DNA of 35,307 bases from Flavobacteriales bacterium (GCA_947472115.1 CANIZU010000002.1:1-35307), one strand, 5' to 3'. Counted from the stretch's first letter, positions 1-9,653 are shown. A program made the numbers and translations. The notes: a model not told the origin generated them from the letters alone.

Positions 1-58
1 GATTTTTCCCTTTTAATGAGGAGTTTGGCTGTAAAAATGTTTATCATTGTGAAGTTAA

Positions 59-868
59 ATGAATACACAATCGGGCTTTGTTTATGAAGACTTTTTGCGA
101 CATGTTTTGGCACATGGCGACCATAAAACCGATCGCACCGGCACAGGTACAGTGAGTGTTTTTGGTTGTCAGTTGCGCTTTGATTTGCAAAAGGGCTTCC
201 CATTGATTACGACCAAGAAGGTCCACCTAAAGAGTATCATCTACGAATTGCTTTGGTTTTTAAAGGGTGAAACAAATACGGCTTACCTCAAAGAACATGG
301 CGTAAGCATTTGGGATGAGTGGGCTGACGAGAACGGAAATTTGGGTCCAGTTTATGGCAAACAGTGGCGTTCTTGGGAGGCAAAAGATGGTACAGTCATC
401 GATCAAATTTCAGAAGCAATAGAATTAATCAAACATTCTCCCGATAGCCGAAGAATTATCGTGAACGCATGGAATGTGGGTGAAATCAAGCAAATGGCCC
501 TGATGCCTTGCCACACGATGTTTCAGTTTTATGTCGCCAATGGCAAACTCAGCTGTCAACTTTACCAACGCAGCGCGGATTTGTTTTTGGGCGTGCCTTT
601 CAACATTGCCAGTTATGCTTTGTTAACGATGATGATGGCGCAGGTTTGCGGTCTGCAAGCGGGTGATTTTGTTCATACGTTTGGCGATGCGCACATCTAT
701 AACAATCACATGGATCAGGTAAATCTACAGCTTTCTCGTGAGGCCAGGCCTTATCCCACCATGAAAATCAATCCCAATGTTACAAGCATTTTTGATTTCA
801 CATTTGAGGATTTTGCCTTGGAAGGATATGATCCGCACCCAGGTATTAAGGCACCGGTTGCTATTTAA
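59..868 (+). CDS. thyA: Thymidylate synthase (folate-dependent ThyA)
   Basis: 269-aa ORF with hallmark ThyA motifs: DRTGTGT, the catalytic-Cys segment [28 protein letters not shown], and C-terminal APVAI. Confidence 0.95.
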   Translation: MNTQSGFVYEDFLRHVLAHGDHKTDRTGTGTVSVFGCQLRFDLQKGFPLITTKKVHLKSIIYELLWFLKGETNTAYLKEHGVSIWDEWADENGNLGPVYGKQWRSWEAKDGTVIDQISEAIELIKHSPDSRRIIVNAWNVGEIKQMALMPCHTMFQFYVANGKLSCQLYQRSADLFLGVPFNIASYALLTMMMAQVCGLQAGDFVHTFGDAHIYNNHMDQVNLQLSREARPYPTMKINPNVTSIFDFTFEDFALEGYDPHPGIKAPVAI

Positions 869-923
869 ACGGTTATTGTCAACCAGACCAAGCGGTTACC
901 TAGGTAATTGATAGCCAAAGTGC

Positions 924-931
924 TATTTTTG
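924..931 (+). promoter_or_regulatory. Bacteroidota-type -7 promoter box (TAnnTTTG) candidate
   Basis: TATTTTTG matches the TAnnTTTG consensus and ends 7 nt before the ATG at 939. That spacing would imply a very short or absent leader. Motif match only. Confidence 0.3.
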
Positions 932-938
932 TATTTTT

Positions 939-3341
939 ATGAAAATAAATTTCGGAAGGATATTCAAAGGTCTATTATTGATCATATCCATTTCACTGAC
1001 AGTTCTTGATGCGTCGGCCCAGAATTCGGCCCTTTCAAAAAGTACATTGAGTGGTTATTTGCGCGATAAAAGCAGCGGTGAAATGATGGGGAATGTAGTT
1101 GTCAATGCCCAAGTTTCTGGTGTTAGAACTACTACAAATAACTACGGATTTTTCTCCTTAACCATCACCAAGGGGGAAGGTCAATGGTTGCAGTTTAGAT
1201 ACCCTGGACTGATAACAGATAGTTTTTATTGGTCGGCGAAAAAGGACACTACCATTACGGTAGAATTGGCAGCGGTGGAACAGATTGCTGCGGTGGAAAT
1301 TCGTTCTAGGAAGACAACGATCGCGGATCGGGCCGACATGAGTAGGATTGATATTCCGGTGCAGCAAATCAAGGACATTCCGGCGTTGTTGGGCGAAAAG
1401 GATGTGATGAAGGTCATTCAATTGCTGCCGGGGGTACAAAAAGGCGGTGAAGGACAGGCAGGAATTTATGTTCGCGGTGGCGGACCTGATCAGAACTTGA
1501 TTGTATTGGACGAGGCGATAGTATATAATGCAAACCACTTGTTTGGTTTTTTCTCTTTGTTCAATGGCGATGCGTTGCGGAGTGTAGAATTGGTGAAGGG
1601 GGGATTCCCATCGCGCTATGGCGGACGATTATCGAGCGTAATCGACCTAAATATGAAGGAGGGTAACAATAAGAAATTTGCGGGGGAAGTGGGTATTGGT
1701 TTGATCAGTTCGAGAGCCGTTTTTGAAGGTCCGATCGTGAAAGGGAAAAGTTCATTTATGATTTCGGGACGCAGAACTTACTTGGATGCCTTGGCTCAGC
1801 CCTTGATTATGGCGGCAACACAGGGCGCCAACGCGGGTTATTTCTTTTACGATTTCAATGCCAAAGCCAACTATATATTGTCGGAAAAAGACAAACTCTA
1901 TGTGTCTGGTTATTTTGGACGCGATAAATTTTATTTTAACGAAAGCACTGCTGATACCAAGTTTAAAACCAATTTTGGATGGGGAAATCGAACATTAACT
2001 GCGAGATGGAATCACCAAATCAATCAGAAATTGTTTGCCAATGCATCTGCCATTTATAGTCATTATGATCTGTCGATCAATGTCCTACAAAAGGATGCCA
2101 ATTCAGATGCATTTGAATTAAACTACAAGAGCGATATCAACGATTACGGTGTGAAATACGATTTGGACTATCGTCCTAATCCAAAGCATATGGTCCGGAC
2201 GGGCTTCTCAAGTATCAATCACCAATTTAGTCCTAGCGCGGTGGTATTAAAGGTAGGGAGTAACTTTAATTTAGATCGTAAAATGTCGGTAATCAATACT
2301 TATGAGTCGGGTATTTACGTAGAGGATCAGTGGCGAGAGGGCAAGTGGAATTTCTATCCTGGATTAAGAATCAGTCATTATGTGGTGGACCAAACGCAAT
2401 ATTTGAAGCCAGAACCGCGTATGTCGTTTGCTTATAATTTGCGAAAAGACATCGCCTTAAAGGGCAGTTATGCGTTGATGAATCAATACATTCACTTGTT
2501 GAGTAGCACTGGCATTGGATTGCCTACGGATTTGTGGGTACCGGCTACCACCAATGTGAAACCAATGCAAAGTCAGCAGTGGGCCACAGGGATCGCGAAA
2601 GACTTCCGAAAAGGACTTTCGTTGAGTTTGGAAGGGTATTATAAAACGATGAGTCATGTGATTACGTACAAAGAGGGCGCGTCTTTTTTGCTTCAGGATA
2701 ATTTCTTTGATCCATCGGTGTCTGTGAATAACAAGGCTTGGGAAAGTCAGGTTACATCGGGTAAGGGTTGGAGTTATGGTACGGAGGTTTTTTTGCAAAA
2801 GCAGGTGGGAAAATTGAGTGGTTGGATTGGATATACTTTGAGTTGGACACAATTGCAATTTGATGCTGTGAACAATGGAGTGAAATATTATGCAAAATAC
2901 GATCGACGTCATGATGCTTCAGTGGTTTGTATCTACCGATTGAGTAAGTTGTTTACGGCCAGTATGACGTGGGTTTATGGAACAGGAAATGCAATTACAA
3001 TGCCTCAGGGATATTTGCGAGGAACGGGGCATTACCCATCAACGGCGCCGCAGGTTTGGGACCCAAGCAATCAGGCATTTAACAATGAGATGATTGACTA
3101 TGGCAAGCGGAATAGCTTTAGGATGGCGGCTTATCATCGTATGGATATCGGTTTGCAGTTTAAGAAGGAAAAGGCACATGGAATCAAGACTTGGGAGCTC
3201 AGTGTTTACAATGTCTACAATCGATATAATCCATTCTTTTATTATGGCCAGATGAATGATGCTGGCACTGTTCGGACGTTGAAGCAGGTCACTTTGTTTC
3301 CTTTTATTCCATCATTAAGTTGGACTTATAAATTTCGTTAA
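939..3341 (+). CDS. TonB-dependent outer-membrane receptor with carboxypeptidase-regulatory-like N-terminal domain
   Basis: 800-aa ORF with a signal peptide ending ...DASAQ and an N-terminal beta-sandwich-like segment (LSGYLRDKSSGEMMGNVVV). The plug motif is DVMKVIQLLPGVQ...GIYVRGGGPDQNLIVLDEAIVYN. A long Gly/aromatic-rich barrel ends ...LSWTYKFR. Confidence 0.85.
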   Translation: MKINFGRIFKGLLLIISISLTVLDASAQNSALSKSTLSGYLRDKSSGEMMGNVVVNAQVSGVRTTTNNYGFFSLTITKGEGQWLQFRYPGLITDSFYWSAKKDTTITVELAAVEQIAAVEIRSRKTTIADRADMSRIDIPVQQIKDIPALLGEKDVMKVIQLLPGVQKGGEGQAGIYVRGGGPDQNLIVLDEAIVYNANHLFGFFSLFNGDALRSVELVKGGFPSRYGGRLSSVIDLNMKEGNNKKFAGEVGIGLISSRAVFEGPIVKGKSSFMISGRRTYLDALAQPLIMAATQGANAGYFFYDFNAKANYILSEKDKLYVSGYFGRDKFYFNESTADTKFKTNFGWGNRTLTARWNHQINQKLFANASAIYSHYDLSINVLQKDANSDAFELNYKSDINDYGVKYDLDYRPNPKHMVRTGFSSINHQFSPSAVVLKVGSNFNLDRKMSVINTYESGIYVEDQWREGKWNFYPGLRISHYVVDQTQYLKPEPRMSFAYNLRKDIALKGSYALMNQYIHLLSSTGIGLPTDLWVPATTNVKPMQSQQWATGIAKDFRKGLSLSLEGYYKTMSHVITYKEGASFLLQDNFFDPSVSVNNKAWESQVTSGKGWSYGTEVFLQKQVGKLSGWIGYTLSWTQLQFDAVNNGVKYYAKYDRRHDASVVCIYRLSKLFTASMTWVYGTGNAITMPQGYLRGTGHYPSTAPQVWDPSNQAFNNEMIDYGKRNSFRMAAYHRMDIGLQFKKEKAHGIKTWELSVYNVYNRYNPFFYYGQMNDAGTVRTLKQVTLFPFIPSLSWTYKFR

Positions 3342-3343
3342 TA

Positions 3344-4279
3344 ATGAATCTGATGAAAACTATATTTAAATATATCATGCAGAGGGGGTCTGTGTTGTTG
3401 TTGTTATGGGCGGCTATTTCGCTACTGGGACTGGGAAGTTGTATTGAAAAGGACGCAAAAATTCCGCCTCCAGAGTATAGTAAACGAACGTCAATTATTT
3501 GTTATTTATCGCCCCGGAATGCCAATGTGAGCGTGCAATTGGGTTTTACCGTACCCTATTTTGGTGTGCAAAGTGATACCATTTCTTATTACTCCGATGC
3601 CAAAGTCACGGTTTCGGATTTAACCGCGGGAACTTCTGTGGTTTTGCCATTCAATAAAGTAGATTTTGTATACCGGGTTGGCAAAAATAAGATGCCTATT
3701 TTGAACGATCACCAATACCGAGTGGAAGTAGTTTTGGCCGATGGTAGGAGTTATACAGCCTCCACTCAAATTCCTCCTAAGTTGGGTCCAACGGATCTTC
3801 AATTGGGGAAATTTAGTGTGGGAAAGCTCGAGCAAAACCAGCAATTTGGTCAGCAAGTTTCTGTCAATGTGGAATTGAAAACGGGCAATACTCGCAAAGG
3901 ATTTTACTATTCGCCTCAGTTTGATATTGTACTTGAAGATGGCCAAGGAGATTTTTACGGCAACACGATGTATTTCAAAGGCTCGGGAGTGGAAGAGGGT
4001 TTGGGTTCAGACACATTGAGATTCTTCTATCAAGAGAGAATGTGGTTGCAGGGTGGCGGTGGAATGGGTGGTTCTACTGCGATTGATCCGATGAAGTTCA
4101 ATGGCGCTGAGGGCACTTTTTGGGTTTTCGATAAAGGTTACGCGGAGTCGTATAATAAGTTTTTTGAAGACACCGGAAATCCTTTTGCGGAGCCAATCTT
4201 ACTATACTCCAATTGGAGCAATGGTGCCGTGGGTACTTTGGGTTCCTTTGATTGGGAAGAAATGACAATCACGCCTTAG
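3344..4279 (+). CDS. DUF4249-like lipoprotein, the usual partner of this TBDR class
   Basis: 311-aa ORF starting 2 nt after the TBDR stop (TAATAATG). It has a lipobox-like LGLGSC. Size, position and early beta-rich segment fit the DUF4249 proteins that follow CarboxypepD_reg TBDRs in Bacteroidota. The family call is from memory of that synteny. Confidence 0.5.
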   Translation: MNLMKTIFKYIMQRGSVLLLLWAAISLLGLGSCIEKDAKIPPPEYSKRTSIICYLSPRNANVSVQLGFTVPYFGVQSDTISYYSDAKVTVSDLTAGTSVVLPFNKVDFVYRVGKNKMPILNDHQYRVEVVLADGRSYTASTQIPPKLGPTDLQLGKFSVGKLEQNQQFGQQVSVNVELKTGNTRKGFYYSPQFDIVLEDGQGDFYGNTMYFKGSGVEEGLGSDTLRFFYQERMWLQGGGGMGGSTAIDPMKFNGAEGTFWVFDKGYAESYNKFFEDTGNPFAEPILLYSNWSNGAVGTLGSFDWEEMTITP

Positions 4280-4394
4280 TCATTCACCAAACGCGAATTC
4301 AAATCGCTTGGGGATCTCTTTTTCATTCCATTAAACTAGTCATGTGGATTCATTGATTTGTGAATGGCTCTTGACATCGCGATTTTCGTAATAC

Positions 4395-5483
4395 ATGTTG
4401 GATGCATATTTTACGCCCATTGATGAGTCGATCTGGGCACCTTATAGGGAAAGTAAAGAGACCATTGGGGGCAAATTATTGGTCAATGGGAAGTCGTTTC
4501 CCAAACTCAAAAAGGTGAAGATTGCTTTGTTGGGTGGCGGTCCGGAGGCCGATGCATTTCGCAAGTCTTTTTACTCCTTAAGTTGGCGTTTTGGCGATTT
4601 GGTGATGGCGGATTTAGGTAACTTAGTGAGCAGTGCCGACGAGAAGCAGAACCAATTTGCAATGAGCGAAGCCATGGGTGAACTCATTGAGATGGGGATT
4701 CATGTATTGGTGATTGGCGGCGGTGAGGGACAAATTTATTCGCATTACAAGGCATATCGACAGCAGGGTTCACCGGTTGAAATCGTGCAAGTAACACCCG
4801 GAATTGATTTGGAAGAGGGAACACCTCTGAGGCAAATTTTGGTGGAGAAACCGAGCAATTTATTTAACATTGATTTTGTAGCGACTCAATCATATTATAT
4901 ATCAGAAGGCACTTCAGCGCTGTTGGAAAAGATGTATTTCGAAAATCATCGACTGGGTGAAGTGAGGGATGGCATCGAAGAAACTGAGCCTATTTTACGA
5001 AGTGCTCATTTGTTCCAATTTGATCTGAATGCAGTTAGAAAAAGTGATGCGGGATGCACCAAATTGGCATCACCCAATGGATTGTATGCGGAGGAAGCGG
5101 CAAGAATTTGCAGGTATGCTGGGGTGTCCAATCAGTTGAGCTCGGGGTATTTTTATGGGTTGGAAGGCATTGGGGCGGACGAATCTTCGGCGACCTTGGT
5201 TGCGCAAATGGTTTGGTATTATGTTGACGGGTTCATTTCTAGGTACCACGATCACCCCACACATGATTCTGGTGATTTCTTAATTTATCGTAACCGATTG
5301 AATTCTACGGGTCATGAAATCGTGTTTTACAAGAGTAGGAAAAGCAATCGTTGGTGGATGGAAATCCCTCATCCGTATGAAGATCGCACCTATTTTATTG
5401 GTTGTTCTTATAAGGATTATGAAACCGTTTGTGCCGATGATATGCCCGATAGATGGTGGAGAGCTTACCAGCGTTTGATGTAA
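4395..5483 (+). CDS. Conserved hypothetical protein, possible arginase/formiminoglutamase-fold protein with substituted metal ligands
   Basis: 362-aa ORF with no signal peptide. VLVIGGGEGQ, TPGID and FQFDLNAVRKSD sit with spacing reminiscent of the arginase-family GGDHS, DAHxD and SxDxDxxD motifs, but most Mn-ligand residues are replaced. The coding call is solid. The fold call is tentative. Confidence 0.45.
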   Translation: MLDAYFTPIDESIWAPYRESKETIGGKLLVNGKSFPKLKKVKIALLGGGPEADAFRKSFYSLSWRFGDLVMADLGNLVSSADEKQNQFAMSEAMGELIEMGIHVLVIGGGEGQIYSHYKAYRQQGSPVEIVQVTPGIDLEEGTPLRQILVEKPSNLFNIDFVATQSYYISEGTSALLEKMYFENHRLGEVRDGIEETEPILRSAHLFQFDLNAVRKSDAGCTKLASPNGLYAEEAARICRYAGVSNQLSSGYFYGLEGIGADESSATLVAQMVWYYVDGFISRYHDHPTHDSGDFLIYRNRLNSTGHEIVFYKSRKSNRWWMEIPHPYEDRTYFIGCSYKDYETVCADDMPDRWWRAYQRLM

Positions 5484-5542
5484 ATCTTGGTCATTTCTGA
5501 AACCAAATGCGTTTTGATGTGTTCTTCTCGCTACAACTGAAC

Positions 5543-5550
5543 TAAATTTG
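5543..5550 (+). promoter_or_regulatory. Bacteroidota-type -7 promoter box (TAnnTTTG) candidate
   Basis: TAAATTTG is an exact consensus match ending 8 nt upstream of the ATG at 5559, inside a 75-nt intergenic gap. Confidence 0.35.
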
Positions 5551-5558
5551 CACTCAAT

Positions 5559-6635
5559 ATGAAAGAAGGATTTTTCCCCTTAACAATTAAAAAATTAGTA
5601 CGTGAAACTGCCGATGCTACCACGTTTTATTTTGATATCCCAGCCGAGCTAAAGGACACTTTTGTCTACACTGCAGGCCAATACCTCACCTTTGAAGTGG
5701 AAATCGATGGCGAAAAAGTACGTCGTTCCTACTCTTTATGCACTTATGCCGGTGTTGATGCGGATCCTGCCGTTACCGTGAAAAAAGTGGATATGGGAAA
5801 GATGAGTACCTACATGAACTCTGTTTTAAAAGAGGGGGATGTGATGCAGGTGATGCCTCCAATGGGTAAATTTACCTTGGTTCCCGACACTTCAAGGTCT
5901 CAACACTATGTATTGTTCGGTGGTGGTAGCGGAATTACACCTGTTTTGGGCATCGCGAAAGCCGTTTTGGCTGCTGAACCCAATAGTCAAGTGACGTTGG
6001 TGTATGCCAACCGCAATCCTGATTCAGTGATATTCAAGCAAGTTTTGACTGATATGGAAAAGGCGAATGGTAGCCGTTTTAAAGTTCATCACAATTATGA
6101 TTCAGCCCCGATTACCTATTTTGGTTTGAAAGGAATGTTAAGTCCCGACAAAGTTCAATCTATTGTGAAATCAAAAATTGGTGGTTCGTTTGATACGTAT
6201 CAATACTTTATCTGCGGACCAGGCCCAATGATGGAAGTCATCAAGGATGGTTTGAAAGGATTGGGTGTAAATCCAGATCGCGTTCACACAGAGTATTTTT
6301 CAGCGCCGACTTCTAAAAATGCGGCCGATGAAAAACCCCAACAGGAAACGGACTTTGCTGGTGTATCAGAAATTACATTAACGGTTTACGGCCGTACTCA
6401 TACTATTTCTTGTGATCAAAATACTACCATTTTGAATGCGGCAATGAAACAAGGTATCGATCCGCCATACAGTTGTACGGTGGGCGTTTGTACTACCTGT
6501 CGTGCGAAAGTAACGGTAGGAAAATTGCACATGTTGGAGCGTGAAGGTCTTAGCGATGCTGAGATTGCCGAAGGATACGTACTCACTTGTCAGTCCATAC
6601 CCCGCAGTTCCCAGATCACACTCAAATACGAGTAA
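5559..6635 (+). CDS. FNR-family flavin reductase fused to a plant-type 2Fe-2S ferredoxin (PaaE/PaaK-like oxidoreductase)
   Basis: 358-aa ORF with FAD-binding RSYSL, NAD(P)-binding GGGSGITP, and a C-terminal 2Fe-2S cluster motif CTVGVCTTCRAKV ... LTCQS. Confidence 0.8.
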   Translation: MKEGFFPLTIKKLVRETADATTFYFDIPAELKDTFVYTAGQYLTFEVEIDGEKVRRSYSLCTYAGVDADPAVTVKKVDMGKMSTYMNSVLKEGDVMQVMPPMGKFTLVPDTSRSQHYVLFGGGSGITPVLGIAKAVLAAEPNSQVTLVYANRNPDSVIFKQVLTDMEKANGSRFKVHHNYDSAPITYFGLKGMLSPDKVQSIVKSKIGGSFDTYQYFICGPGPMMEVIKDGLKGLGVNPDRVHTEYFSAPTSKNAADEKPQQETDFAGVSEITLTVYGRTHTISCDQNTTILNAAMKQGIDPPYSCTVGVCTTCRAKVTVGKLHMLEREGLSDAEIAEGYVLTCQSIPRSSQITLKYE

Positions 6636-6637
6636 TC

Positions 6638-7687
6638 CTAATCTTCGTCGTCCCCATCAATTCCGGGTGCCGTCTGTGTATACTTCCTGATTTTGTTCAG
6701 TAATTGGTCGAAATCTTCGGCCAAATCGCTGCTAAAAAACATCTTTTCACCTGTCCTTGGATGAATGAATCCCAATTCTTTGGCGTGTAGGGCTTGCCTT
6801 GGCATCAAAGTGAAGCAATTTTCAATAAATGGTTTGAATTTTGGCAATGCAGATCCTTTTCTGACTTCCATTCCGCCATACAATTCATCGGAAAAAAGCG
6901 GGTGCTTGATACTAGAAAAGTGTGCTCTGATTTGATGCGTTCTTCCAGTTTCTAACTCACATTGCACCAAAGATGCGAAGTAAAACGATTCTAATGTTTT
7001 GTAGTGGGTAATGGCCAATTTGCCTTCTTCTTCGTCTTGGAAGCACTTCGATCTTCTGCGATCGGCGGGATCACGCGACAAATAACTGCGAATCGTACCA
7101 TCCTTTGGTTTTGGCTCTCCCCAAACTAGGGCCCAATAACGCCTGTGAATACTGTGGTCGTAAAACTGTTTTCCCAAATGACTGAGGGCAAACTCTGTTT
7201 TTCCAACAACCAACAAACCCGAAGTGTCTTTGTCGATGCGATGCACCAAACCGGGTCTATGATATTGATCTTTGGTTGGTAACTGCCCAAAATGATAAAC
7301 CAAAGCATTCACCAAGGTTCCACTGTAATTGTTGTGGCCGGGGTGAACGACCATTCCTGCTGGTTTGTTGACAATCAATAGGTCATCGTCTTCATAAACG
7401 ATGTTCAATGGGATGTTCTCAGGATAAACTTCAGTATCTCGCGGTGCGGTTGGAAGTAGCACGCGAACAGTATCGTTTGGTTTGATTTTGTAATTGTTTT
7501 TGGTGGGTTTTTCGTTTACCACCACGGCGCCTGATTCGATGCCGGCTTGTATTTTAGAACGACTTGCATTGGCAATTTTATGCATCAGCCATTTGTCAAC
7601 CCGCATTTGTTCCTGTCCAGGATCTGCGGTAAAAGAATAATGTTCGTATAAACCCTCTTCTTGGATTTCGTCTTCGGTTTCGCTCAC
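6638..7687 (-). CDS. rluD: 23S rRNA pseudouridine synthase, RluD subfamily (RluA family with S4 domain)
   Basis: 349-aa ORF with an N-terminal S4-like segment (MRVDKWLMHKIANASRSKIQAGIESGAVVVN), the catalytic motif HRIDKDTSGLLVVGKT, and a conserved GRTHQIRAH. Confidence 0.9.
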   Translation of the reverse strand: MSETEDEIQEEGLYEHYSFTADPGQEQMRVDKWLMHKIANASRSKIQAGIESGAVVVNEKPTKNNYKIKPNDTVRVLLPTAPRDTEVYPENIPLNIVYEDDDLLIVNKPAGMVVHPGHNNYSGTLVNALVYHFGQLPTKDQYHRPGLVHRIDKDTSGLLVVGKTEFALSHLGKQFYDHSIHRRYWALVWGEPKPKDGTIRSYLSRDPADRRRSKCFQDEEEGKLAITHYKTLESFYFASLVQCELETGRTHQIRAHFSSIKHPLFSDELYGGMEVRKGSALPKFKPFIENCFTLMPRQALHAKELGFIHPRTGEKMFFSSDLAEDFDQLLNKIRKYTQTAPGIDGDDED

Positions 7688-7695
7688 ACTGCAAA

Positions 7696-8634
7696 TTAAA
7701 CGCTAAACTGCAGTTGTCCGAGCATTAATCCGCCCCAACCTGCTTGATTTACCAAAACAGTTTTTCCTTTTGCATTTTTCACCGCGGTGGCCTCGGTCAG
7801 GAAAGTGTGGGTATGTCCACCCAAAATGGCCGCGATACCGTGGGTTTGTTGTCCCAATTTGATATCGTCGATTTTATCGCTATCGTATTCATAACCAAGG
7901 TGTGAAAGCACAAAAACCAAATCACATTGGTCGATGTTATGGAGTTCATCGACAGTTTTTTGTACGGCATTTACGGGATCGTTGTAAGTTAAACCGGGAA
8001 TCAATCGCTCCATGATGAGATTGTCCGGGTTAATTCCCACTCCTGTAATACCGATTCGTTTATGATTGATTTCGACAACAATTTTTTGTTTCACGAAGGG
8101 GGAAAGGGAGGTGTTTTTGAGGGAGTAGTTACAATTCACCATTGGGATTTTCGGGTGAAGGGCCAACATGTTGGCAAGGTGATCGATGCCATTGTCGAAA
8201 TCGTGGTTTCCCATGGTTGTTGCATGATATCCCATTTTTGTCATCCATGCATATTCAACCGATCCACCAAAATAATTAAAATAGGGCGTTCCTTGAAACA
8301 CATCTCCTGAATCTAGAAGTAGGTTATTGGGATTGGCTTCTCGTTGTTTTTGTATCAGCGTTGTCAATTGCTGAATTCCCCCTTTTCCGGCTTGGGGGTG
8401 GTTGGCGGGGAAGGCTTCGATGCGCGAATGAAAATCGTTCGTGTGCAGCAGATTAAGTAGGAAGGATTCGTTGTTTTTTGGCGGAGTATTTAGGGTTTCT
8501 AGCCAGTGGGTCATTCCGTTTAATGGGCTTTTGGCGGCGGCAGCGGCCGCGGCCGCTAGTAGCAAAAATTTCTTCCGCCCCACCTGTTCAAACTTTCCCG
8601 GAAACAAGGGTTTATCCTGTGAATCAATATTCAT
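7696..8634 (-). CDS. Metallophosphoesterase, equivalent to the N-terminal catalytic domain of UshA-type 5'-nucleotidase, with a Tat-like signal
   Basis: 312-aa ORF with calcineurin-like phosphoesterase motifs: LLHTNDFHS, DSGDVFQGT, MGNHDFD, GGHTH. The N-terminus GRKKFLLLAAAAAAAAK resembles a twin-arginine leader but has RK instead of RR. It overlaps the upstream gene in an ATGA start/stop overlap at 8631-8634. Confidence 0.8.
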   Translation of the reverse strand: MNIDSQDKPLFPGKFEQVGRKKFLLLAAAAAAAAKSPLNGMTHWLETLNTPPKNNESFLLNLLHTNDFHSRIEAFPANHPQAGKGGIQQLTTLIQKQREANPNNLLLDSGDVFQGTPYFNYFGGSVEYAWMTKMGYHATTMGNHDFDNGIDHLANMLALHPKIPMVNCNYSLKNTSLSPFVKQKIVVEINHKRIGITGVGINPDNLIMERLIPGLTYNDPVNAVQKTVDELHNIDQCDLVFVLSHLGYEYDSDKIDDIKLGQQTHGIAAILGGHTHTFLTEATAVKNAKGKTVLVNQAGWGGLMLGQLQFSV

Positions 8635-9653
8635 TTTGAATCCTCCGCTTTAGTTGGGTAAACCCGTAGTTGTTTTCTGGGTGCTACCCATTGAAACGCA
8701 TCAAACTCGCTCTTCAAACCATTGGCAATCGCATCCCTCAATTGAATCCCGGTATAAAGCGTCTGCTTTGCCCCCTTTAACATCGTAAATCCATCGCCAC
8801 CCATCGACATATAAGAACTTGTGGCAACCAAATAATCCCGTCGGCTATCAAAAGGCAGCTGACTTCCATTCATCAGGATTTGATTATTGCCCTGGTTCAT
8901 CCCATCTGAGGATTGACCGTTGGATGATACCCCTGAACCTGGTTTTTGTTCCTGCGACCCATTCAGAAAAAGCAGATCGGCAGGCGTTGAAATAATCTTG
9001 CTGTTGATTTTTGCTTTCACAACGCGATTTTTTGCAGGTTTGTCGGCCTTTTCAAATTCTAACAATAAACCCGAAACAGGCGTCCCTGTTAACTGAGCGA
9101 TATATCTCAACAAGCTGTCTGTAGCCCCACCACTCAACTGCAATATCACCAACTCATTGTCGAATGGCATCACCTCAAAAACATTTCTCATCGTAACCGC
9201 CCCCGGAAACAGACCAGCGCGCAATCCACCGTTGTTTGCTACCGCGAAATGACATGGGATTCCAATGTTTTCCATGCTATATTGAGTGGCTGTTAGAAGC
9301 ATGTAATCCGCCACCAACCGACCTAAATTTCCTGTGTAAAATGTATTGTAAAATGGCGAGTCGATTTGTGCCAATCTTGTCGATAAGCTTTGATTCAACG
9401 AATCTGAATATGGCTTAATGAAATTTGCTATCTCCGCATTTTCCGCAATGCTGGAATCCACGGAAATATTGGGTGTGGGTATGTATGAGATTGCGGCTCG
9501 TTGCGACGGTGATTCGTTAACAGAGTGCCTTGTGCCATGTTGGAATTGTTTGCCGCTGCCGCATCCTGTTGAATACGCGGACGTCCAAACGAAAATCAAT
9601 ATCGAAACATATCGAAAAACGTGTTTTTGGGCGATGCGATTTGATATATTCAT
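8631..9653 (-). CDS. 5'-nucleotidase C-terminal (substrate-binding) domain lipoprotein
   Basis: 340-aa ORF with lipoprotein signal ...AYSTGC. The 5_nucleotid_C-like core is GNLGRLVADYML ... VANNGGLRAGLFPGAVTMRNVFEVMPFDNELVILQLSG. It contains an internal low-complexity insert (QEQKPGSGVSSNGQSSDGMNQGNNQ). Confidence 0.75.
   Translation of the reverse strand: MNISNRIAQKHVFRYVSILIFVWTSAYSTGCGSGKQFQHGTRHSVNESPSQRAAISYIPTPNISVDSSIAENAEIANFIKPYSDSLNQSLSTRLAQIDSPFYNTFYTGNLGRLVADYMLLTATQYSMENIGIPCHFAVANNGGLRAGLFPGAVTMRNVFEVMPFDNELVILQLSGGATDSLLRYIAQLTGTPVSGLLLEFEKADKPAKNRVVKAKINSKIISTPADLLFLNGSQEQKPGSGVSSNGQSSDGMNQGNNQILMNGSQLPFDSRRDYLVATSSYMSMGGDGFTMLKGAKQTLYTGIQLRDAIANGLKSEFDAFQWVAPRKQLRVYPTKAEDSK

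Noticed and set aside
896-907. Perfect 12-bp palindrome TTACCTAGGTAA between thyA and the TBDR gene.
   Set aside because: It occurs once, has no loop so it is not a hairpin terminator, and is short enough to arise by chance. I could not link it to any known operator.
1158-2912. Minus-strand ORFs of 126, 63 and 151 aa inside the first TonB-dependent receptor gene. Similar shadow ORFs occur inside other long genes, for example 11520-11905, 14066-14479 and 15005-15310.
   Set aside because: All are antisense to well-supported CDSs and have no independent coding signal.
8531-8560. GC-rich tract GGCGGCGGCAGCGGCCGCGGCCGC, which stands out from the AT-rich background.
   Set aside because: It encodes the Ala8 hydrophobic core of the Tat-like signal peptide on the minus strand. 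It is not a mobile element or an independent repeat.
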